Shown here: positions 8,464-16,812 of the stretch, piece after piece
Layout of the letters: every line of letters begins with the position of its first letter
How positions within the stretch are numbered: the stretch's first letter is position 1
Source: an uncultured virus (IMG/VR IMGVR_UViG_2049941000_000092)
Lineage: Duplodnaviria > Heunggongvirae > Uroviricota > Caudoviricetes
Virus record (IMG/VR): IMGVR_UViG_2049941000_000092
Length of the DNA: 26,188 nucleotides
Strand: one strand, 5' to 3'
Program-made: the position numbers and the translations under genes
Notes under the pieces: model-generated
Told to the model about the DNA's origin: nothing
The model's database searches: none
Seen by the model: the letters and a program-made list of their open reading frames with translations, nothing else

Positions 8464-9088
8464 TTATTAGTTCTGCTAAAACTCTAAGTGGATAATTGAG
8501 AAGTTCCTCTTCGTAAACTGTAGGAAGAAATTGGACGGCAATACATTTCGGCTTTTCAGGATTATCATAGACAACAATCTCGGGATTTCCCTTATTATAG
8601 TTGAGATGATAATCGATCTCACCGTTTCTCTCACTATAATATTTGATGTTAGTAGAGTATGCAATAACCCTGTGCTTAGTATACCACGGATACAGTGCTT
8701 GGTGATGTCTTTGAATCTTCGGATAAACAAAAATGCCATCCTTAGTTTCTACAAACAAATCGTGTGAAATGTTCGAAGCATCACGCCATCTGCATTCCTG
8801 AATTAATTTTCCTCCGTTCATCACAGTAAGAAACTGTGCACCTCTGCCAAATCCAATTACCAATTTATCCTTTGGAATATTGTTAAATNNNNNNNNNNCC
8901 ATGTCTGATATGTCACGGCTACCATCATACATTGTGGTAGGTTCGCAACGAGCACCATATAACATGGGATTAACGTCAGGTCCATCAGTAAATATGATAA
9001 CATCGGCAGTGTCCATCTTTTTTACGAGAGTGGCATCAGGAAGAAAGTTCGTATAATTCTTCCCACCTTTTACAACGAAAACATTCAT
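8444..9088 (-). CDS. Class I GATase (peptidase C26-like) paralog lacking catalytic Cys and His
   Basis: FTDGPDVNPMLYG, GFGRGAQFL, HHQ, QFLP. Confidence 0.8.
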   Translation of the reverse strand: MNVFVVKGGKNYTNFLPDATLVKKMDTADVIIFTDGPDVNPMLYGARCEPTTMYDGSRDISDMXXXXFNNIPKDKLVIGFGRGAQFLTVMNGGKLIQECRWRDASNISHDLFVETKDGIFVYPKIQRHHQALYPWYTKHRVIAYSTNIKYYSERNGEIDYHLNYNKGNPEIVVYDNPEKPKCIAVQFLPTVYEEELLNYPLRVLAELINENTCR

Positions 9089-9820
9089 TTATCGTGCTTT
9101 TAGTATGCGATAATTGTTAATATACTGAGGAAGATGCTTTTCGAAAAGTGCGTTTTCCGTAATATACTCAGTTTTATAATCTGGAACTTGATGTACTTTC
9201 AGATTATAGTACTTAGTATAGTCAGGATATAGTTGTCGTGCGTAAGTAATATGTTCTATTCGCTTACGCATTTGATCTATAGTTAAGAACTTACGGCAAA
9301 TTCCAAATACATGATCTCTATCACCTTCAGATTCATAACAAGATGCAACTGCCATAAACAGATTCTGAATATTATCGAATCTAAATTTAGGCAGATGTTG
9401 CATCTTATATGCTTGTGCGAGATAGTAATTCTGAGGAAATTCGTATAATTTCTTAATGCTTTGCACAATAATCGTCGTAACGGCACGAGTTGCCATTATA
9501 TCAAGATGGACGATATAACAAGGATGATTATAATACGATCCGTTTCGTACATTATACTTAAACGGATAAATCTTTGTTAATTGGTGCAAATAGCTAGAAA
9601 CCTGAACTCTAGATAAAAAGCACTGATTGTTATGACGTGCAGTTAGAGGTTGATATGAATCCGTACAAAGTTTTATGGAGATATCAGAATGATACTTTTT
9701 AGATCGATTGGTCANNNNNNNNNNAGCATCACACATAATTCTACCATTTACCCAAATATTTCTACCATCCAGTGTACCACCGAAAACAGTGCAATAATTG
9801 AGAAATCTACTGTACTGCAT
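9089..9820 (-). CDS. Hypothetical protein X (free-standing paralog of the intron-encoded ORF)
   Basis: ORF track; overlaps GATase exon 2 stop; motif-by-motif similarity to 10253..10832. Confidence 0.8.
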   Translation of the reverse strand: MQYSRFLNYCTVFGGTLDGRNIWVNGRIMCDAXXXXTNRSKKYHSDISIKLCTDSYQPLTARHNNQCFLSRVQVSSYLHQLTKIYPFKYNVRNGSYYNHPCYIVHLDIMATRAVTTIIVQSIKKLYEFPQNYYLAQAYKMQHLPKFRFDNIQNLFMAVASCYESEGDRDHVFGICRKFLTIDQMRKRIEHITYARQLYPDYTKYYNLKVHQVPDYKTEYITENALFEKHLPQYINNYRILKAR

Positions 9821-11242
9821 ATTTCAAAATCAGGTCGTTTAACATATCGTGCAATTCGCCATAGTTCATCATCTCAGGATGACCCTGTACACCAAGGCAT
9901 ACAGGCAATCCTTCTTTATGAAAAACAGCTATTTCTGGTTCACGAATAATACGCTCAGGATTAATTTTGTCTCCGTGATAATAAGAACAACGCTTTATGG
10001 TAGACCAATATAGAATATCATAATCACGTTTGTTCAAATTAAACGGATAAATCATTTGATGATGAAGAGAAGTAATTGTAAAGGTTTCTCTGCCGTTAGT
10101 AATTCCATGATTACATCCAGCATGATTATCACAATCTTGAACAAGCAAACCACCATTCAGTACACATAGGAATTGTACATTTTGTTATCGTAGGGGCTCT
10201 TTATCCTCTACTTCTGAACATTCAATTCTGCCCAGTTCGGACTATCTCTTCATTAAAACTTAGTACCTTTTAGAATCTTATAATTTTTGACATATTTCTC
10301 AACACGTTTGTCAAAAGTTTCCAGNNNNNNNNNNNNNNNNNNNNNNNNNNNNNNNNNNNNNNNNNNNNNNNNNNNNNNNNNNNNNNNNNNTAGCGTACTT
10401 CTTTAGACGAAACGCTTCTAGAAGAATCATATTGTACGGAAACTCATAAGCATATCTTAACCAAGTTAAGAGATACCTATGATAGAAATGATTGGCGTCA
10501 ACGTCAAACGTAACTTTAAACGCTGGACACACTCCAACCCCACTACGTACTTCCGGCTCTTCTTCAACATTATAGTTAAATTTGAATATTCTTCTAGCTT
10601 GTTTAATATGATAGATTAATTCTTCTTTTGTTAAAGGACAGAAATTACTCTGATGTTTTTTTGCAACTTTCAGATCCTTAAAAAGATAGATTATATAAGA
10701 TTCTTTTCTGATCGTTTTTCGATTAATAGCGTTTGCAAAACACGCATGTGATCCAAGAGGAACATGAATATCGCCATTTGCTTCGAAATACGAGCAGTAG
10801 CTCATAAAGTTTAGTTTAATTTCATTAGCCATAAAGATCTATGATTTTAATGTGGGGTACTCGTGGAAACATTATCAACTCAAAGAGTCTCAGTTTCTAG
10901 TCTCTGAACTTTCAAGGACATCACTGCCCAAGCTTAGCTGCTGATTAACATCTCAGTCTTCCAGCAATTCACCCCATTTAACGTGAGCTACGACGTTAAC
11001 CCACGACATGTACCAAATGCCAACTGATCGGGTCTCATCTTTCGGAAAGCGAGAACTTCCTGCTCGTCTCTCCTTGGACTACTATAGACAGTTGGGTCTT
11101 TAGCACAACCATATAAGGAGGGGCTTACATCAGCCCCTCCTGTGAATAATACGATTTGTGCGTCTTCTATGTTGTGAACAAACTCGACGTCTTTGATCCA
11201 GTTAGCATAATCCCAACTTGGACCAACCACATAAATCTTCAT
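9807..11242 (-). CDS. Class I glutamine amidotransferase / gamma-glutamyl hydrolase (C26-like), spliced: exon 1 11242-10999, exon 2 10177-9807, 204 aa
   Basis: Joining restores GTCRG-L-QFLCVLNGG; FTGGADVSPSLYG, HHQM and QGHPE complete the Cys-His-Glu triad. Confidence 0.9.
10178..10998 (-). mobile_element. Group I intron (IA-like, extra P7 insert) in the class I GATase
   Basis: P1 exon CGTGGGT/IGS GCTCACG with U.G; P GAATTGCTGGAA, Q AATCAGCAGC, R GTTCAGAGACTA, S AAGAGATAGTCC; P3 TGGGGT/ACCCCA; P8 CATTAAAAT/GTTTTAATG; terminal G at 10178. Confidence 0.92.
10253..10832 (-). CDS. Intron P8-encoded protein, paralog of 9089..9820, no recognisable endonuclease motif
   Basis: ORF track N-terminal part; post-gap frame LETFDKRVEKYVKNYKILKGTKF* with its stop inside the P8 3' strand. 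Confidence 0.8.
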
Positions 11243-11288
11243 TTCTTAATAATTTAAAAAGAAGTATCCACAGTACTTCTTTTGTTAA

Positions 11289-12365
11289 TTATTCAGCAGA
11301 TTCAGGGGTTTCGACGGGAGCAACAGCCGGTGCAGCTGCAGGAGCAGCAGCCGGAGCAGCGGCGACAGGGGCGGCGAGACCTCCGAAGAGGTTACCGAAG
11401 GCGTTCTGGCCGCTGAGGGCGGAGTACATGAGAAGGTCCTTGATGTCGAACTTGTCGCCACCAGCGAGGGCCATCATCATCATCGGATTGGCCTGAAGGG
11501 CACCGCCGTTCTGGGACAGCAGCATCAGGGGAAGCAGGCTGTCGTTGTCCTTCTTGTCGGAGAGGGCAAGAAGCATCAGCGGATTCATCTGGCCGCCGAG
11601 GTTACCAGCGAGGGAAACCACGACACGGACAGTGGTCTGGCCGAGGAAGAAGTCCTTGATCGGATACACGTTGGAACCAGCACCGGTATAACCAACGACA
11701 GTGATGCGACCTTCCTTGATGGCCTTCACCTTCGCGTAGCTCTTCTCACGGGCGATGATATCGCCAACCTTCAGCTGCTCGACAGGCTTCGGAATGGTGT
11801 AAGCCGGGAGGTTGATCACCATCTCGTCCGGATAGGACGTGAGGTGGAAGTTCTCGTCGATGGTTACGTAACCGTTAGAGGTTGCAACACAAATGTTACC
11901 GTCCATAGCAATACGGACATCCTTTGCCTCGGTGGGGATCAGGTTGGCTTTGAGGCGCTCGCCAAAATTCTTGATGGAGTTCATACTCGTTGTTTTAGGG
12001 GTTGAGGCAGATTCGGAATTGAGAAGGGGCCGAGCCTCACGGCACCACGTCTCAAATTTGATACGATTGGCGACGCTCGTGATGTTAACTTTCTTAACAT
12101 CGTAGTTACGAGCGAGATCGTCGATGTAAGCGCGGTCTTCACCGGACAGGTCCTCAATGGACTTATCGAAGGTCCGGATAACGAAGATGCTATTTCCCTT
12201 CTTAGTGATGAGGTTGTCACCAGCCTTCACAGAAGCGAGATAGTCGTTAAGACCACATTCAGCGATGCGGAACTTGCAATTCTTTTTCGCGAATGCAACA
12301 ACGTCCGCAAGAGTCTTCGGAGTAAATCCGAGATTCGAAGTGTAAACAATTAATTTGTTACCCAT
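11289..12365 (-). CDS. Hypothetical phage protein with Met-rich NPLMLLAL-type repeats and an Ala/Pro tail
   Basis: 358-aa ORF with strongly C-ending codons, unlike its neighbours. Confidence 0.85.
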   Translation of the reverse strand: MGNKLIVYTSNLGFTPKTLADVVAFAKKNCKFRIAECGLNDYLASVKAGDNLITKKGNSIFVIRTFDKSIEDLSGEDRAYIDDLARNYDVKKVNITSVANRIKFETWCREARPLLNSESASTPKTTSMNSIKNFGERLKANLIPTEAKDVRIAMDGNICVATSNGYVTIDENFHLTSYPDEMVINLPAYTIPKPVEQLKVGDIIAREKSYAKVKAIKEGRITVVGYTGAGSNVYPIKDFFLGQTTVRVVVSLAGNLGGQMNPLMLLALSDKKDNDSLLPLMLLSQNGGALQANPMMMMALAGGDKFDIKDLLMYSALSGQNAFGNLFGGLAAPVAAAPAAAPAAAPAVAPVETPESAE

Positions 12366-12471
12366 TGTGTTAAAGAGATTTTAAACAGTACTGTGGATAC
12401 TGTGTATAGTGAATAACCAAACGGTTAGGAAGTTTTTGGAAAAATCCATAACTACAACCGCCATAATAAAG

Positions 12472-12546
12472 TGGAGCCGGATGAGAATTCTGAGATCTCG
12501 ACCTGAGGCTTACAAAGCCCCCGCTCTGCCGCTGAGCTAATCCGGC
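12472..12546 (-). tRNA. tRNA-Thr(UGU) with encoded CCA and a non-canonical T loop
   Basis: Acceptor GCCGGAT/ATCCGGC; anticodon arm GGGGC-TTTGTAA-GCCTC; T arm GAGATCTCAGAATTCTC. Confidence 0.8.
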
Positions 12547-12552
12547 TTTATA

Positions 12553-12795
12553 TTATTTACTAAACATTTCAGTAAATATTCGAAACACTTTCACCATACT
12601 GTAAACACACAATACAACAAGTGTTAATGGCCATACAACACCGACAGGAATTGCATTTTTAATAAGTGTTTCTGCATTTTCCTTAGAAAGAAAACGTAAG
12701 TCTTCTGCGTGGCAATCAAATGCTAAAGTACCACTAATGAGAATCGCAATTACAATGTAAATAACCGTAAATACGATTGTTAAAAAGATCTTCAT
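12553..12795 (-). CDS. Small two-TM membrane protein
   Basis: Two hydrophobic segments, second with WP motif. Confidence 0.65.
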   Translation of the reverse strand: MKIFLTIVFTVIYIVIAILISGTLAFDCHAEDLRFLSKENAETLIKNAIPVGVVWPLTLVVLCVYSMVKVFRIFTEMFSK

Positions 12796-12797
12796 GT

Positions 12798-13235
12798 TTA
12801 CTTTTGTTCTGTTTCTGTTCTTAATGGAAACATGGTTTCCCAATTATATCCTGCCAATTCATCTAAACCACGAACTGTAGCATAACGACCATTAGCAACC
12901 ATGAGTGACATGATATTATCTGTCATTTCAACAATTATGACTTTCTTTCCTATTCCAAAAGCAAAACCAGCTTCCCAAGTGACACCACTTGTATCTTCTG
13001 TTCTACCATAAGAAAGTACTACGACAATATCGCAATTCTGAATTGCAGCAATATCATTTTCGAACACCATTAATCCCCATTCTGTATTAGGATAATCCCA
13101 AGCGTTATGAATTTGATGTTCTACTGGTGCATAAACTTCTAAGCCTGCGTTACGAAGTATTTCAATAGCAGACTGCATGTTCTCCCGTTTCTCGAGATTA
13201 AATGTAGACGCAAGATAAACTTTATTTTTCCTCAT
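12798..13235 (-). CDS. Nucleoside 2-deoxyribosyltransferase-family protein
   Basis: VYLASTF, D...I..CDIVV and DTSGVTWEAGFAFG motifs. Confidence 0.85.
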   Translation of the reverse strand: MRKNKVYLASTFNLEKRENMQSAIEILRNAGLEVYAPVEHQIHNAWDYPNTEWGLMVFENDIAAIQNCDIVVVLSYGRTEDTSGVTWEAGFAFGIGKKVIIVEMTDNIMSLMVANGRYATVRGLDELAGYNWETMFPLRTETEQK

Positions 13236-13426
13236 ATGTATAAGGCGATTTTTTATCTCTGGAATAAGCTATATAATATAGCTTTTNNNNNNNNNNNNNN
13301 NNNNNNNNNNNNNNNNNNNNNNNNNNNNNNNNNNNNNNNNNNNNNNNNNNNNNNNNNNNNNNNNNNNNNNNNNNNNNNNNNNNNNNNNNNNNNNNCTTAA
13401 ATATTCTTCCATATAAACAGGTTTTG

Positions 13427-13501
13427 TAGAGATAGTAAGATTCGAACTTACGACCCTCTGAATGTAAGTCAGATACTCTAAACCAACTGAGCTATATCTC
13501 C
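13427..13501 (-). tRNA. tRNA-Val(UAC)
   Basis: Canonical cloverleaf; TCTGA-CTTACAT-TCAGA. Confidence 0.92.
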
Positions 13502-13508
13502 ATCAAAT

Positions 13509-13908
13509 TTAATCAAATTGCCTATATTGTCTTGGGGTAATTTGTTTTTCTGCGCAATATTCTGTATAATCATTTAAATGTTGAAAAATGATAAGTTTCT
13601 CTGAAACAATATCGTTATTACGTCCAACATAAAATGTAGTTCCTTCTGGAATTATTGCATAATTAAAATAATAGCGCATAGAACGGTATGAATGAATGCC
13701 AGGACCTATGATTCGATCTCTGTGCCATTTTGTAGCAACACTCCATCGAGACTTCTCAACTTCAATAGTAGCTTNNNNNNNNNNTAATATATTGTCCATT
13801 AGTCTGTAACAAAAGACGTTTGAAAACAAGAATGTCTCTTTTTGCTACTTTTGGTATATAATGATTGAACCAGAATACATGTTCTTTAGGATTAATTGTA
13901 AGACACAT
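13509..13908 (-). CDS. Hypothetical phage protein (MCL...AKRDILVFK...GIHSY...IIPEGTTFYVG..DIVS), gapped
   Basis: Joined across a 10-N gap; paralog of 15039..15472. Confidence 0.7.
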
Positions 13909-13938
13909 AGTTTTAATGTTAATTGTTCTGATTTCTTG

Positions 13939-14020
13939 TGCAGCAGGAGAGATTCGAACTCTCACGGACTTAATCCACCAGCTCCTAAGGCTGGCGCGGC
14001 TACCTTTTCGCCACTGCTGC
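13939..14020 (-). tRNA. tRNA-Leu(UAG)
   Basis: CCAGC-CTTAGGA-GCTGG, long variable arm, discriminator A. Confidence 0.92.
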
Positions 14021-14100
14021 AAGCTATCTCCTGTTAAGAACTTACGGCAAATTNNNNNNNNNNNNNNNNNNNNNNNNNNNNNNNNNNNNNNNNNNNNNNN

Positions 14101-14419
14101 ATTCTTCTTTCTTGGTAACTTCATACGAATCAATAAAATCCTCATCGTTACTAAAACATTCCATAGAAAGATATAAGTCATATTCATCATTGGCAAACCA
14201 ACCCTTACCTATATTTGTACCATTGCCATGGATACAAACAAACCGCCAGGTACTAGGAAGTATCTTATTAACTACCGATTCTGCTTCAGCTTTGTCTTTT
14301 GCATCATTCGGTGCCCAATTAAAGAACCAAGCGTCAATAGTTCCAAGCATTACTGCAAGATCCATAATCGCTCGTACTTCTCTAAAAATAGCATTGCGTT
14401 CTTCTTCTGTATGTTTCAT
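14101..14419 (-). CDS. Hypothetical protein, C-terminus in gap
   Basis: ORF track 14042..14419. Confidence 0.6.
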
Positions 14420-14591
14420 ATGATTATTTTAAGCAGAAATTCAATTAAAAAATTATACGCGTGCTGGCTAGACAATTACGAACAATCCAATAGGACCTTT
14501 TTACCCACTGACGGGGCCCCGAGATCTATATGCGCAGCCAACGCAGGGATGAGTGACGGGGTGCAGATATGTCGTGTATAATTTTTTTGAG

Positions 14592-14666
14592 CAGTGCCGA
14601 CGGGATTCGAACCCGCGACCCCCACAGTGACAGTGTGATATTCTAACCAGGCTGAACTACGGCACT
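14592..14666 (-). tRNA. tRNA-Asp(GUC)
   Basis: TCACA-CTGTCAC-TGTGG, discriminator G. Confidence 0.92.
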
Positions 14667-14841
14667 ATAAATCCATTATCCTTCGAGCATAAGTAGTATA
14701 AGAGGATTGATGTTTGGCATTTTCTCCAACAATCTTTTACTATGTAACTCCTTTTGCTCTTTAGTTTTGGCATTAATTAAATTCACAGTCTCGTTACCAA
14801 TGTCTTGAAACTGTTTGAATGGATTTTCCATAATGAAGCAC

Positions 14842-15032
14842 TTATTTTTTAACTTTTACAAAAGAAATAACCTCAATTGGTGCACTAGTATCTTCTAGTT
14901 TTCTAGTTTGGCCANNNNNNNNNNTGTGTTGTTCGGATAATAGATTTTGTAAGTGATTGTTGTTTCATAATCACTTTTACACGATGTTGCTGCAATTACA
15001 AGAAGAATGATTAAGATAATAAACTTTTTCAT
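14842..15032 (-). CDS. Putative lipoprotein (MKKFIILIILLVIAATSC), gapped
   Basis: Manual translation; signal peptide with lipobox-like Cys. Confidence 0.6.
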
Positions 15033-15038
15033 GATAAA

Positions 15039-15472
15039 TTACTTGAATGAATCGGCATAAATTGGAGCACGACGTCTCTTGGACATATATCTTCTAAACG
15101 CTTCATCGTTTTCGAAAATACGTATTCTGTTTGCAACAATATCTCCACCTTTTCCGATGTAATAAAACGTTCCTTTTGGAATTACAGCGCGAAAATTGTA
15201 GAACTTGGCAAAATCAAGTTCTCTGCGATATGCATGAATACCTTGATCGATATCATACACATTAACAGTTCCAATTTTTGTACAGTTTTGTCTCAAAACG
15301 CTAAAGAGAGAAGCGATTCCATTCTTAAATACAACCGGTGTGTGCATATAGAATGTAGTATATCGCGTAGGTCCCCAGCGCATAAGTTCCTTACTTATAA
15401 CAATATCCCTTATCGAAAATCTTGGGAGAAAGCGACCTATAAAGAACTTATGATACTTCTCGTTAATTACTA
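15039..15472 (-). CDS. Hypothetical phage protein, paralog of 13509..13908, N-terminus in gap
   Basis: GIHAY...VIPKGTFYYIG..DIVA; frame open up to the gap. Confidence 0.7.
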
Positions 15473-15768
15473 NNNNNNNNNNNNNNNNNNNNNNNNNNNN
15501 NNNNNNNNNNNNNNNNNNNNNNNNNNNNNNNNNNNNNNNNNNNNNNNNNNNNNNNNNNNNNNNNNNNNNNNNNNNNNNNNNNNNNNNNNNNNNNNNNNNN
15601 NNNNNNNNNNNNNNNNNNNNNNNNNNNNNNNNNNNNNNNNNNNNNNNNNNNNNNNNNNNNNNNNNNNNNNNNNNNNNNNNNNNNNNNNNNNNNNNNNNNN
15701 NNNNNNNNNNNNNNNNNNNNNNNNNNNNNNNNNNNNNNNNNNNNNNNNNNNNNNTATATTTAAAATTG

Positions 15769-15841
15769 TGGTACCTACCAGGTTTGAACTAGTGACGCTC
15801 GGCTCTTCAGGCCGACGCTCTACCAACTGAGCTATTGTCGC
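15769..15841 (-). tRNA. tRNA-Phe(GAA); 5' acceptor strand does not pair (pseudogene or assembly chimera)
   Basis: D, anticodon (TCGGC-CTGAAGA-GCCGA) and T arms intact; 3' AGGTACC faces GCGACAA. Confidence 0.7.
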
Positions 15842-15927
15842 TTAAATGGGACAGTTGGGTCTTTAGNNNNNNNNNNCTAACTTTTAAACAGGTTGTTGGA
15901 TACGAAACTCTGTATCTAAAAGATTAG

Positions 15928-16000
15928 AGCGAGAAACGGGGCTCAAACCCGCGACCCTTAGCTTGGAAGGCTAATGCTCTATCAACTGAGCTACTCTCGC
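15928..16000 (-). tRNA. tRNA-Gly(UCC)
   Basis: TTAGC-CTTCCAA-GCTAA, discriminator U. Confidence 0.92.
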
Positions 16001-16083
16001 TTAACAGGAAGACTCTATCGGTCTATCTCCCTACGGACCGTCCGACTTTACGGAACTTGCATTATCCATTCAGCAAGTATTTG

Positions 16084-16157
16084 TCGGGGTGATGTGACTC
16101 GAACACACGACCCTCTGCTCCCAAAGCAGATGCGCTAGCCAACTGCGCCACACCCCG
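16084..16157 (-). tRNA. tRNA-Pro(UGG)
   Basis: TCTGC-TTTGGGA-GCAGA; acceptor CGGGGTG/CACCCCG. Confidence 0.92.
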
Positions 16158-16812
16158 AAGGCCCCAAGAGCAGGACTGTTTACCTGCAACTATCCATACT
16201 TTCCACCTAATAGGCAGCCTGGTGTTTTAATTATTACTATCTTGGGATACTGTTAGAGTTTCACCTCGGTTTATTAAAGTGATTAACTCTTCAGGTGTGA
16301 CATCAATTTCCTCCCAATAATATCCAAGAGGCTCGCACTCAACTGTGAGGGGAGGCACTTCTCTTTTTATTCGTATTTTCATACTAATATTAAGTGTTGC
16401 GTTTCTTGAATTTCACTGTTTGAATATCTGTTCGGTGTAACCGGATTTTTTGAATCTCTGAATGGTGATGTCCTCCATTTGGACCCAATACCGGACGAAC
16501 AGTTTCGTAAACAATGTTAACAGCATCGTTATTGAACTCGAACAAAATAAACCTATCTGGNNNNNNNNNNNNNNNNNNNNNNNNNNNNNNNNNNNNNNNN
16601 NNNNNNNNNNNNNNNNNNNNNNNNNNNNNNNNNNNNNNNNNNNNNNNNNNNNNNNNNNNNNNNNNCCACCAATTTTTTTAAGAATAAAATTGGAAACTAA
16701 AAAATACGATTTTTGCAGCTTTACTCTTGGAAGTGGAGGGAAATCGAACCGCTCTTTCATCGTGAGCATCTTCCATCAATGCTTTCCTCCCAAGAACTGC
16801 GTAGCTATTAAC

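Noticed and set aside
13939..14020. Amber suppressor or TAG recoding
   Set aside because: Anticodon UAG is leucine; several genes end normally in TAG and no in-frame TAG was needed
16001..16083. Three small hairpins between tRNA-Gly and tRNA-Pro
   Set aside because: Stems of only 4-6 bp with no closing helix; not distinguishable from spacer structure
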